A stretch of 38,378 nt of DNA from a virus (taxonomy: Duplodnaviria; Caudoviricetes), in IMG/VR virus record IMGVR_UViG_3300012990_000007, positions 1 to 38,378 of that record; one strand, 5' to 3'. This document shows positions 1 to 8,313 of this stretch, in pieces. The stretch's first letter is position 1; every line of letters begins with the position of its first letter. The translations under genes and the position numbers were made by a program. The notes under the pieces were generated by a model. It had not been told where the DNA came from. It saw only the letters and a program-made list of their open reading frames with translations, and searched no databases.

Positions 1-380
1 GGTGGGTGGGCAACAAGCTAAAGGACGTTGCAGGGACCGCCGCGCATGACGTTCAAGGGTTGATCTCGACAATTGATGCCAATCTTGCATTTGACAAATT
101 GCAGGCGATGCGCGCGGCATCTCCCACTGGCGGCGCACTCGGAAACGTTGCAGTGGAGGAATTGAACCTGCTGAAATCGGCGGTGGCGAACCTCAAACAG
201 TCACAGACGCAAGATCAGGTTGTGTTTAACGCCAACCGCGTCAAAGACCTTTACATCGACACCGTACACGGTCCCGGCGCTTCAAAACGAATGCGGGAAA
301 GTGCCGTCGCCAGCCCGGGGTCACTTCCGGGCACCTCCAAAATCCGCACTTATAACCCAGCCACGGGACGCCTCGAGTAA
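1..380 (+). CDS. C-terminal fragment of DNA ejection (pilot) protein; N-terminus probably begins at 38350
   Basis: Frame open from window start; motif ANLAFDKLQAMRAASPTGGALGNV is typical of podophage internal virion proteins; TAATG coupling to next gene. Confidence 0.7.
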   Translation, partial: WVGNKLKDVAGTAAHDVQGLISTIDANLAFDKLQAMRAASPTGGALGNVAVEELNLLKSAVANLKQSQTQDQVVFNANRVKDLYIDTVHGPGASKRMRESAVASPGSLPGTSKIRTYNPATGRLE

Positions 381-2446
381 TGGCAATCAAGATTAAGGCG
401 CCGGATGGCAGCGTTGTGCAGTTCCCTGATGGAATGCCGGACGCTCAGATTGAAGCCGTAATGGCAAGGGAGTATCCGCAGCCGACAATGATAGATCGTG
501 TTGCGGCATCACCTATCGGGCGCCTCATCCATGACAATATCCTCGCCCCCGCCGAGGATATATTCAGCCCCGGCCCTCTGTTCAAAACAGCAATAGAAGG
601 CGCGAAGGTTGTCGCATCCGACATGGCAGGTCTTCCCAAGTATACGCCTGACATGCGCCCGCCGCTGCAAAATGCTTATCAGAACTCGCTTCAGGCAAAC
701 CGGAATACGCCGGGCTATGCTCCAGCGCGTCAGAGTGCCGACGCCATGATGACGCAGCGCGGCTCCGGCCTTAGCGATCAGCTCATGGCGTCCGTTATGC
801 CGTCGCTTGCAGGCGTTACTGGCATTTTTGGCGGATTTGATGCCATGAACGCGAACGCCGATGCTCAGGCGGCTGCACAAGAACGCTTTGCTGCCCAAAA
901 CCCCAAACTCTCTTTTGTCGCAAACGTGGTCGGTGGTGGGATGGTGGCGCCGCTGCCAAGGTTGTTGCCCAGGTACGCGGATGATAGCCCGTTGTTGTCC
1001 CGGCTGTCCGGTGCGCCAAGTGTCGGGCCTTTCCCGCTCAATCCTTACAGCAAGTCAGGAAACCCGGCCCAAGCGTATGTGCAGCGTGTGATGGAGGCGG
1101 CTGGCAAGACTGCTGAAGACCTAGCGGCATTTGATTTCGGTGGAAAACCAGTGACATCCGCAGAGGTCATTGGTAAGCCTGGCGAAGTCGCATTGGGTGC
1201 GCTCGCACGCAGAGATGGCGCGACGGGCCCCGCCCTTGAGGGTGCCATGACGGAGCGCAACTATTCCGCTCCGCAGCGCATTTTTGGTGACTATGCCGAA
1301 GCGTCTGGTATACACCCAGAAGCCGCGCGAGGAAATATTGAAGCCTTCATCGTAGCGAACCAAAAGGCCGCTGACCCGCTATACACCGAGGCGTATAAGC
1401 AGAACACCAACATATCTTCGCCGATTCTTGATCGCATCTTGGAGACGCCCGCTGGGAAAAAGGCACTGGCCGACGCCCGCGTGAAAATGCAGAACGATAT
1501 GTCCCTGATGGGCACCCCTGATGCCGAATTGATGGATCAGGCGCGCGAAGGCGGCACCCTTATCTCCGGCAATCGTGGCGTTGCATCGGGCATGAAACTT
1601 CGCGTCTATGACTATGTAAAGCGTTCACTAGGTGACCAGGTCGATGCTGCTTTCAAGGGTGGAAACAAGGACGACGGCAATATAATAAAAGGCCTTAAGA
1701 ACGATTTGGTTCGCGCATTGGATGATGCCGATGTGACCGCGAAGGCTGGCCCCAATTCTACGAAGCCAGAAGGCGGATTATATAAGCAGGCGCGCGCTAA
1801 GGCTGGCGAGTATCTTGGCGCAAAAAAGCAGTTTGAGCTTGGTCAGGATCATATTCTTGACAATAAGCTGTCCGCGCAGGACTTCGCAGCGCATGTTGCC
1901 AAGCTGGGCGAAGCTGAAAAACAAGCATACGCAGGCGGCGTTGCGAACAAGCTCTTCAGCTTGCAGCAAACCAACAAGCTCAAGGCGACTATATTTAAAA
2001 GCCCGCTCATTGAGGGCAAGCTATCCGCGCTCATGGGCCGCGAAAAGGCCAAGATATTTGTCAAGAACATGGACTCTGAACAGAATATGGCAGAGTTCGC
2101 GCGCAAACGCGCACCTGGTGCTGGGTCTCCGTCTTTTGAATACTTAGAAGCCGCGCGGCTGCAAGACGCATCCGGCATAGCCGATTTGGCTATGCGTGCC
2201 GGGCAGAACGTGCTGGATCATGGTATGACGCGCGGGCTTATGAGGACGGCCACCGACTATGCCAGAAAGCCTATAGACGCTTACCGCACTCGCGGGATGC
2301 CGGTTCCTGTCAGAGACGAGGCGGGGCGTATGCTGATGTTGCCGCCTACCGAATTGGCGGGAATCCTCCAGACCGCTCCAAAGATCAATCCGGGCATATT
2401 CAGCAAGCCAAGCATCCCGACCGGGCTGCTAGGACCGAGACGCTAA
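380..2446 (+). CDS. Large DNA ejection/internal virion protein (P22 gp16 position)
   Basis: 688 aa, Ala-rich helical; N-terminal IKAPDGSVVQFPDGMPDAQIEAVM motif; last gene of virion cluster. Confidence 0.7.
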   Translation: MAIKIKAPDGSVVQFPDGMPDAQIEAVMAREYPQPTMIDRVAASPIGRLIHDNILAPAEDIFSPGPLFKTAIEGAKVVASDMAGLPKYTPDMRPPLQNAYQNSLQANRNTPGYAPARQSADAMMTQRGSGLSDQLMASVMPSLAGVTGIFGGFDAMNANADAQAAAQERFAAQNPKLSFVANVVGGGMVAPLPRLLPRYADDSPLLSRLSGAPSVGPFPLNPYSKSGNPAQAYVQRVMEAAGKTAEDLAAFDFGGKPVTSAEVIGKPGEVALGALARRDGATGPALEGAMTERNYSAPQRIFGDYAEASGIHPEAARGNIEAFIVANQKAADPLYTEAYKQNTNISSPILDRILETPAGKKALADARVKMQNDMSLMGTPDAELMDQAREGGTLISGNRGVASGMKLRVYDYVKRSLGDQVDAAFKGGNKDDGNIIKGLKNDLVRALDDADVTAKAGPNSTKPEGGLYKQARAKAGEYLGAKKQFELGQDHILDNKLSAQDFAAHVAKLGEAEKQAYAGGVANKLFSLQQTNKLKATIFKSPLIEGKLSALMGREKAKIFVKNMDSEQNMAEFARKRAPGAGSPSFEYLEAARLQDASGIADLAMRAGQNVLDHGMTRGLMRTATDYARKPIDAYRTRGMPVPVRDEAGRMLMLPPTELAGILQTAPKINPGIFSKPSIPTGLLGPRR

Positions 2447-2593
2447 GAGCCACAGCGCCCAAATACCGAAGATCACAAAAAGCGGGATTGCGTTTCGCCA
2501 ATTGTTGAATATCGGCTGCCGAACAGGCCTGCCGTCCACTTCCGTCACGGTGTAGCGGGCTTCGATCACTGGTGGTTCGGGCTTTGTCCCCAT
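2429..2593 (-). CDS. Small single-pass membrane protein (54 aa), candidate superinfection exclusion protein
   Basis: Hand translation MGTKPEPPVIEARYTVTEVDGRPVRQPIFNNWRNAIPLFVIFGIWALWLLASRS; fills the gap; C-terminal TM helix. Confidence 0.6.
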   Translation of the reverse strand: MGTKPEPPVIEARYTVTEVDGRPVRQPIFNNWRNAIPLFVIFGIWALWLLASRS

Positions 2594-2627
2594 CCGCCCA
2601 ACCTACCAAATCATAAGGAATCCGTCC

Positions 2628-2933
2628 ATGGCTGTCTCCATAGCCTTATACGCGCTTGCCGTGATCCTGACCGTTCAGCAAGCCCTTGATGTCATTTCAA
2701 CAAATCTGGTGATTTCCAAGGGCCGGGGCCATGAGGGCAACGGGTTGATTGCCCGGTGGATGAACATGACCGGCAAATGGTGGTGGACCATCAAGCTGCC
2801 GCTGGTCGCCGTGATCTGGTGGCTGGTGCTGCACTTCGGCCCGATCCCGATGCTGGTGGCGATGCTGGCGTTTCTGGCTGCGGTGTATGCCTACGTCCTT
2901 ATCAACAATTACCAGATCGCATGGCGCAAGTAA
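2628..2933 (+). CDS. Multi-TM membrane protein (DUF5658-like) heading the lysis cluster
   Basis: AAGGA RBS; LDVIST...GHEGN motif; three hydrophobic segments. Confidence 0.7.
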   Translation: MAVSIALYALAVILTVQQALDVISTNLVISKGRGHEGNGLIARWMNMTGKWWWTIKLPLVAVIWWLVLHFGPIPMLVAMLAFLAAVYAYVLINNYQIAWRK

Positions 2934-3386
2934 TTGGCCCGCGCCATCAATTCCGCTGGGCTCGCACTTGTCAAAGAGTATGAGGGCCTGAAGCTCAAGG
3001 CATATCTCTGCCCTGCCGGGGTCTGGACGATAGGCCACGGGACCACGAAATACCCGGACGGCAGGAAGGTCAAAGACGGTGACACCTGCACACCGGAGCA
3101 GGCGGAGCTGTGGCTGGAGTTTGATCTTCAAGCCGCCGAGCGGGCGGTTTCCTCGCTGGTCCGCGTGCCGCTCACCGATAACCAATTCTCGGCGCTGGTG
3201 AGTTTTGTCTACAACCTGGGCGCGGGTGCTTTTGGCGGGTCCACGCTGCTGAAGCGTATCAACGAACGCGCGCCCGATGCGCTGATAGCGGCGCACTTCA
3301 AGTCCTGGGTATTTGCGAACAAAAAGCAGTTGCCGGGGCTGGTACGCCGCCGCGCTGCGGAGGCTGCTTTGTGGGGGATCCAGTGA
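2934..3386 (+). CDS. Endolysin, GH24 lysozyme
   Basis: EGLKLKAYLCPAGVWTIGHGTT catalytic loop, ALVSFVYNLG, LPGLVRRRAAE. Confidence 0.95.
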   Translation: MARAINSAGLALVKEYEGLKLKAYLCPAGVWTIGHGTTKYPDGRKVKDGDTCTPEQAELWLEFDLQAAERAVSSLVRVPLTDNQFSALVSFVYNLGAGAFGGSTLLKRINERAPDALIAAHFKSWVFANKKQLPGLVRRRAAEAALWGIQ

Positions 3387-3601
3387 GGATTGTGGAAAAC
3401 TGGCGTGATGGCTGGCGGTGGCTATCCGTCCAGATCACGGCGGTAGGAATAGCATTGCAGGCGGGCATCCTCGCCTTCCCCAATCTCAAGGAATGGGTTG
3501 GGGACACGGTTTCTCAATATGTCGGGTTGCTGATCCTCGCGGGCATCGCGCTGGGCAGGTTCACGGAGCAGAAGAAGCGCCCGCGCGGGGAGTGCAAGTA
3601 A
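3383..3601 (+). CDS. Holin (2 TM, basic tail)
   Basis: GTGA overlap with endolysin stop; RIVENWRDGWRWLSVQ start, two TM segments, KKRPR tail. Confidence 0.75.
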   Translation: MRIVENWRDGWRWLSVQITAVGIALQAGILAFPNLKEWVGDTVSQYVGLLILAGIALGRFTEQKKRPRGECK

Positions 3602-4149
3602 TGCCGCCATTCCTGCTGCCGTTCATCACGGGCGCAAAGAGCTTCATCGGCGGGCTTATAGATTTCTGCTCCAAGCCGCCCGGCTCATGGATTGCTGCCG
3701 CCCTAGCCGTGTTCCTGGCCCTGTGGTGGTACGGCAATCACAAGTTCGATGCTGGCGTGAAGTGGCAGCTGGCGCAGGACGCGGAGTTCATCGCCAACAT
3801 GAAACCGAAGCAGGCGAAAGCCACGGAGCGCGTCCGCGTTGTCTTTATCGAGAAGGCTGCGGAAATCAAATGGCGGACGAAAACCATCACAGAGAGAGTT
3901 CCCGAATATGTCACTCCCAAAGATGATGCTGGCTGTGTTGTCAACAATGGCTTTAAGCGCGTGCATGACGCAGCGGCCGGCGGCACCGTTCCCGGAAGTC
4001 CCGCCGGAACTGATGGAGCCCCTTCCGGCATTGCGCTCTCTTCCGTCTCCGAAACCGTCGCCGCAAACTATGGCACCGCGCATCTCTGCGCCGCTCGCCT
4101 AGAGGCATGGCAATCCTGGTATCTCGCTCAGAGGGCGCTGGTGAAATGA
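3601..4149 (+). CDS. Rz: Inner-membrane spanin (Rz-like)
   Basis: TAATG coupling; N-terminal TM followed by helical periplasmic region; contains embedded lipoprotein ORF. Confidence 0.8.
   Translation: MPPFLLPFITGAKSFIGGLIDFCSKPPGSWIAAALAVFLALWWYGNHKFDAGVKWQLAQDAEFIANMKPKQAKATERVRVVFIEKAAEIKWRTKTITERVPEYVTPKDDAGCVVNNGFKRVHDAAAGGTVPGSPAGTDGAPSGIALSSVSETVAANYGTAHLCAARLEAWQSWYLAQRALVK
3908..4102 (+). CDS. Rz1: Outer-membrane spanin lipoprotein, embedded in Rz in the +1 frame
   Basis: MSLPKMMLAVLSTMALSAC lipobox followed by Pro-rich PFPEVPPELMEPLP. Confidence 0.85.
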   Translation: MSLPKMMLAVLSTMALSACMTQRPAAPFPEVPPELMEPLPALRSLPSPKPSPQTMAPRISAPLA

Positions 4150-4358
4150 TGTCCACGGAAGAACGTCTCGCCACGCTTGAAGCCGAAATGCGAAACGTGA
4201 GCGATGACGTTGCAGAGATCAAGGCATCGTTAAAGGTGCTGGAGCGGATCGCCGCGCGAGGCGGCGGGGCCTTCCACACCATCCTCCTAATCGGAGGGTT
4301 TCTGGGCTGGCTTGCCGGTACGAGTGCGGCGATCTACGCGATGTTCAGGCCGCACTGA
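4146..4358 (+). CDS. Coiled-coil plus C-terminal TM protein (XhlA-like/lysis accessory)
   Basis: ATGA overlap; EERLATLEAEMRNV coil then hydrophobic helix. Confidence 0.65.
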   Translation: MMSTEERLATLEAEMRNVSDDVAEIKASLKVLERIAARGGGAFHTILLIGGFLGWLAGTSAAIYAMFRPH

Positions 4359-4360
4359 AC

Positions 4361-5197
4361 ATGGGCGAGGGGCCAAGGCGTCACTTCATAATCCCCGACA
4401 CCCAAACCCGCCCCGGAGTGCCGCTAGATCATCTGGCGTGGATCGCGGAATACCTTGTAGAGCGCAAGCCAGATGTCATTGTCCACCTGGGCGACCATTG
4501 GGACTTCCCCAGCCTTAACGGCCACGACCAGCCGGGCAGCGCTCCGCTAGAGAACAAGCGTTACGCCGATGATCTGTTTGTCGGTAACGAGTCATTCAAG
4601 ACCCTGTGCCTTCCGATGGAGACCGAGATTGCCCGCCTCAAGAATGGGCGGCGCAAGCGGTGGAACCCCCGCAAGGTTTTCACGACCGGCAATCACGAAG
4701 CGAGGGCGGACAGGGTAGCCAGCAATAACCCCAAGTTTCTGGGCACCATAGGTTCGCACCAGTGCGACATTCGGGACTTTGAGCGCCACCAGTTTCTAAC
4801 GCCTGTTCTCATAGACGGGATTTATTACTGTCACTTCTTTTCCAATGTCGGCACCGGCAAGCCGATAGGCGGGGAAATCCACACCCGTCTGACGAAGATC
4901 AATGCTTCATTCATTCAGGGCCATGAGCAGGGCAAGCGCGAAGGCAACCGCGTCACCAGCACCGGCAAAACGCTGTACGGGCGGGTTCTAGGCTCCTGTT
5001 ACCTGCACCGCGAAGATTACCGGATGAACCATCAGCGCCATTGGCGCGGGGTTGTGGAGTTAAACGAGGTTGAAGATGGCGAGTACGACGCCATGGAGGT
5101 CAGCCTGAAGTTCTTGTGCCGGAAATACGAGGGGATGCCGCTCCACGTTTTCTGCAAGCTGAAATATCCAAACGGCGATTGGGATCATTTGAAGTGA
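4361..5197 (+). CDS. Calcineurin-like metallophosphoesterase
   Basis: Motifs IPDTQ, HLGDHWD, GNHE, YCHF, QGHEQ. Confidence 0.9.
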   Translation: MGEGPRRHFIIPDTQTRPGVPLDHLAWIAEYLVERKPDVIVHLGDHWDFPSLNGHDQPGSAPLENKRYADDLFVGNESFKTLCLPMETEIARLKNGRRKRWNPRKVFTTGNHEARADRVASNNPKFLGTIGSHQCDIRDFERHQFLTPVLIDGIYYCHFFSNVGTGKPIGGEIHTRLTKINASFIQGHEQGKREGNRVTSTGKTLYGRVLGSCYLHREDYRMNHQRHWRGVVELNEVEDGEYDAMEVSLKFLCRKYEGMPLHVFCKLKYPNGDWDHLK

Positions 5198-5203
5198 GGG
5201 AAC

Positions 5204-5428
5204 ATGAAAGCGCAACGCTGGCCCGCTGAGATTATCACGTACACGGCAAAGAGGCCAAAGGGCGAGGCCGCGCCGGAATATAACATCAAGGTGGACTATG
5301 ACCCGCAGAGCGGCTCGCCGCGTGGGTTTATGATTTGGCGGTCTGACAAGACCGACCAGGCGATTGACCGCGATCTCTACGAGATCAGCACGAAAACCTC
5401 GCGCCTCATGCAGCGGAGGGCGTCATGA
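5204..5428 (+). CDS. Hypothetical protein resembling a stand-alone TSCPD (class II RNR C-terminal-like) domain
   Basis: GAGG RBS; YDPQSGSPRGFMI...SRLMQR pattern; family assignment tentative. Confidence 0.55.
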   Translation: MKAQRWPAEIITYTAKRPKGEAAPEYNIKVDYDPQSGSPRGFMIWRSDKTDQAIDRDLYEISTKTSRLMQRRAS

Positions 5429-5706
5429 TTGCGGTGGACATTCTGAAGCAGGCCGCAAGCCTGATCGGCGGGGACCGGGAAAACACCCACGGTCCCAAGC
5501 GCAAGAACCATGACAACATTGCCGCACTGTGGACCGCGTGGTTGCAAATCCGCAGGGTGCCGGATGCGCCACTAACTGCGGCAGACGCTGCTGCCATGAT
5601 GATATTGCTCAAGCTCGCGCGCTCTCAACTCGGGAATTTCAACCACGACGATGGCCTAGACGCCACTGCATACGCGGCAATCTTTGCCGAACTGTCGGAG
5701 GAATAG
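5425..5706 (+). CDS. DUF6378 family protein
   Basis: ILKQAASLIGGDRENTHG...IAALW...MMILLKLAR...DDGLDATAYAA. Confidence 0.85.
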   Translation: MIAVDILKQAASLIGGDRENTHGPKRKNHDNIAALWTAWLQIRRVPDAPLTAADAAAMMILLKLARSQLGNFNHDDGLDATAYAAIFAELSEE

Positions 5707-5925
5707 GTGGGCGAGGTTGTGGACTTTGATGGCGCCACTTTGCTTGATATCCCGCCCGACAAGATACTGACCGGCGCGCTGGAAGCCAAGCTCGCGTCCT
5801 GCATCGTGATCGGGGAATGCGCCAACGGCGAACTTTATGCCGCCAGCAGCACGGGCAGCCTGGCCGAGATCATTCTGGCGCTTGAGCTTTGCAAGCTGGA
5901 GTTTCTCAAGCAGGCGACGGAATGA
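5707..5925 (+). CDS. Conserved-looking phage hypothetical protein
   Basis: GGAGG RBS, GTG start, abuts both neighbours. Confidence 0.75.
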   Translation: MGEVVDFDGATLLDIPPDKILTGALEAKLASCIVIGECANGELYAASSTGSLAEIILALELCKLEFLKQATE

Positions 5926-6071
5926 GCGGCTGGCTGCTGGGGGTTGTCGGGCTGATATATCTGGGCGTGGCATCTGATTACTGGTGCAGGGGCGAAACCG
6001 GCATGGCGCTGGCGTTCCTTTTTTACGCCTGCTCGAATTGTGGGTTTATCTTGGCAGGGCTGCGGCTGTGA
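5922..6071 (+). CDS. Small 2-TM membrane protein (49 aa)
   Basis: ATGA overlap; MSGWLLGVVGLIYLGV...LFYACSNCG. Confidence 0.7.
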   Translation: MSGWLLGVVGLIYLGVASDYWCRGETGMALAFLFYACSNCGFILAGLRL

Positions 6072-6400
6072 CCCCGGCATTCCTCGCCGCTGCCTACGAT
6101 ATGCTGCGCCTGACAGAGCCGTTCGAGGCTTGGAAACTGCCGCCTTCCAGCGAGTGCCGGTTCAAGGCATCCCGCAGCCGCAAGGTCTGCGCTGACTTTA
6201 CGGTGATCGGCGGCGTCCCGACTTACCGGATCAGCACGGCGACCAACGGATTTTTAGCCACCATCCTCGCCAGCCTATGTCACGAAATGCTGCACCACCG
6301 GCAGGCCCAAATAAATTCGCGCGAAATACATGGCCCGCGATTCCAGAAGATGGCGGCGAAGGTCTGCGCCATCCACGGCTTCGATCCCAAAACATTCTGA
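6068..6400 (+). CDS. SprT-like zinc metalloprotease domain protein
   Basis: GTGA overlap; HEMLH (HExxH) and HGPRF motifs. Confidence 0.8.
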   Translation: MTPAFLAAAYDMLRLTEPFEAWKLPPSSECRFKASRSRKVCADFTVIGGVPTYRISTATNGFLATILASLCHEMLHHRQAQINSREIHGPRFQKMAAKVCAIHGFDPKTF

Positions 6401-6446
6401 ATCTGCGCACCTAGCTGTCCCCTCCAGCCGGTTGATGCGCGATGCG

Positions 6447-6487
6447 TTGGCCCCTGTCCCTAACGGGATGGGGGCCGATTGCGTTTC
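6447..6487 (+). terminator. Probable terminator of the late/lysis transcript
   Basis: Hairpin TTGGCCCCTGTCCC-TAAC-GGGATGGGGGCCGA followed by TTGCGTTT. Confidence 0.55.
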
Positions 6488-6640
6488 ATGGCAAAGGCTC
6501 TGTGAGGCTCGCACAGCGGCATTTGCGAGGGGCGGTGTAGGACACGGGCGGGCCTTGAAGGGGCTTCTGGGGCCATCTGTGGCCGCGTGAACGGAAAGAG
6601 AACGCAAGGTGCAGGGGCGCACAGCCAACGGGCCGGAAAA

Positions 6641-6803
6641 GTTTAGCACTCCATCATCTAAGCCCTTGAATCTACTAGGGCTGATAAACGGGGAATATTG
6701 CTAAACGGCTTTGATTTTATTGGGCTGGCGCCTACCCTACCGTTAGACGATCCCCCAACGGGATCAGAGACTTACAGACCGTTTAGCAAATCTGTTTAGC
6801 ACT
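6641..6803. other. attP: attP region: core 6729-6749, tRNA 5' fragment 6736-6757, arm-type repeats GTTTAGCA, IHF-like boxes
   Basis: Directly downstream of int; GTTTAGCA at 6641, 6781, 6794 and inverted at 6699-6706; near-matches to WATCAANNNNTTR. Confidence 0.85.
6736..6757 (-). other. 5' fragment (22 nt) of a tRNA-Gln-like gene; not a complete tRNA
   Basis: TGGGGGA-TC-GTC-TAACGGTAG-G = acceptor 5' strand, U8 and D-arm with GG; no anticodon or T arm follows. Confidence 0.75.
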
Positions 6804-7818
6804 TTTGCCCCCGATTGGGAAGGCGCGAAATGGCCCGGTCAGCCTGTAATTCTTGGCTCGCCTGCCTAATGTAATGCTCGACCAACTTCAAGCTTTTGTG
6901 TCCCGTGATAGCTTGTATTTCCGGCCCGCCAGCGCCCAATTCTGCCAAGACCGCCGCAGCCGTATGGCGCAGGCCATGGAAACTGAGAGTGTCGGGAAGT
7001 CCGGCGCCGATCCTGGCATCCCGAAAGTCGCGGGAGAACACCCTTGGGTGGAACGGCAGGCCGCTCTTACTGGTCAGGATGGTTTCTGCGGTTCGCGGGG
7101 TGGCGTCCAATAGCGCCATCAGGTCGGGATGGACGGGGATTGATAGCCGCGCCCCGGTCTTTTGCTGGCGCAGGCGAACCCGCTGGCCGTCATAGTCTCC
7201 CCAGCGCAAAGCAATAACGTCAGAAAGCCGCTGCCCGGTGTACAGGCCCAACTCCATCGCCAGCCGCATTGTGGGACTCGCACAGGCCCGCATGGCTTCT
7301 AGGTCTTCCACGGTCCACCGTTCGTATGGATCGCCGCCCTTGAGTCTCCCAATGCCGCTGGTGGGGTCCGCCTTTACGATGTGGCGGGACAGCGCAAACC
7401 GGAACAGGGTGGATACCACGGCGATCATGTGGTTCGCGGCGCTGGGGGTGTTTTTCATCTTGTCGCGGATGGCGTGCAGGAACCCGTTGCTAATATCGCC
7501 CAGCGGCCTATGGCCTACGGCGTTGTCCAGCCGGTTAAGGTAGCGGCGGTAGTCTCGCTGTGTGCCGGGGGCGAGGGCGTGAAACTCGGCACATTTCTGG
7601 AATAGGTCTATCGTGTGCGCCACGCTTCCCTCTGTGTATCTGCCTATGGGGGATTCCGGCTCAATCAGCAGCTTGGCATAGGCGGCGTGGAAATCTGGCA
7701 TTCCCGGCGTTCCTGGGAGCCTGTGGGTCATCCCGCCGCGCCGGAACCGATAGTAGGTCTTGCCCTTGATATTCTGGACATAGACGTACTTGGGCAGGCT
7801 AGAATCGCGCGACCTCAT
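6796..7818 (-). CDS. int: Tyrosine integrase
   Basis: TGQRLSD, QQKTG, FHGLRHT, TGHKS, EHY catalytic residues; N-terminal arm-binding YYRFRR; ATG 7818 with RBS preferred over 7899. Confidence 0.96.
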   Translation of the reverse strand: MRSRDSSLPKYVYVQNIKGKTYYRFRRGGMTHRLPGTPGMPDFHAAYAKLLIEPESPIGRYTEGSVAHTIDLFQKCAEFHALAPGTQRDYRRYLNRLDNAVGHRPLGDISNGFLHAIRDKMKNTPSAANHMIAVVSTLFRFALSRHIVKADPTSGIGRLKGGDPYERWTVEDLEAMRACASPTMRLAMELGLYTGQRLSDVIALRWGDYDGQRVRLRQQKTGARLSIPVHPDLMALLDATPRTAETILTSKSGLPFHPRVFSRDFRDARIGAGLPDTLSFHGLRHTAAAVLAELGAGGPEIQAITGHKSLKLVEHYIRQASQELQADRAISRLPNRGQKC

Positions 7819-8002
7819 CGGCCCAATCTTCCCTCTTAGGCTTATCGCCTTGCAGGGCGTCAATATAGGCGTCCAGTTTGGTCCTGTCCCATAGTTCATG
7901 CGGCCCCAGCTTTACGGGCGGAATCCCTATGTGCTTGCGGAAAAACCGGGGGCGCAATCCACAGTATTCAGCAGCCTCCCGGAGCTTTAGCAGCCTAGGC
8001 AT
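7799..8002 (-). CDS. xis: Excisionase (winged HTH)
   Basis: LLKLREAAEYCG...WDRTKLDAYID; overlaps int start. Confidence 0.85.
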   Translation of the reverse strand: MPRLLKLREAAEYCGLRPRFFRKHIGIPPVKLGPHELWDRTKLDAYIDALQGDKPKREDWADEVARF

Positions 8003-8096
8003 GGCCGCCCTTCACCACGAGGCGTCTTATATGATGCGGCGTAACGCACCAGCGGGCCGCAAGCTGGGGGGCAGAATATGCAGCAGGGTGGCTCAT
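7995..8096 (-). pseudogene. Truncated second excisionase-like HTH (33 aa)
   Basis: Hand translation MSHPAAYSAPQLAARWCVTPHHIRRLVVKGGHA; HTH start lacking the wing. Confidence 0.5.
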
Positions 8097-8111
8097 TGGA
8101 TTGGGGGCCCC

Positions 8112-8297
8112 TTAGATTTTCGTGGTCATCATTGACGCGAAGCGGCGCAGGCTGCAGTCGCCGTCCGTGGACTCGCCGCCGTCATCCGGCACCCGGCGAA
8201 ACTCCACGCGGCTGCCGGTGATGGCGCGCACGATGAAAGCCGCGCCCGCCTCTGCGGACTTGTAGCGTTCCCCTGCCTGTATCTCGTGGGTCTGCAT
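8112..8297 (-). CDS. Hypothetical protein
   Basis: AAGGA RBS; in operon orientation. Confidence 0.7.
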   Translation of the reverse strand: MQTHEIQAGERYKSAEAGAAFIVRAITGSRVEFRRVPDDGGESTDGDCSLRRFASMMTTKI

Positions 8298-8313
8298 GAC
8301 GATCCTTAAATGT

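Noticed and set aside
6721-6757. Complete tRNA gene at attP
   Set aside because: Only 22 nt of the 5' end; no anticodon arm or TTC T-loop; the downstream CCAGCC match to a tRNA 3' end is too short to trust
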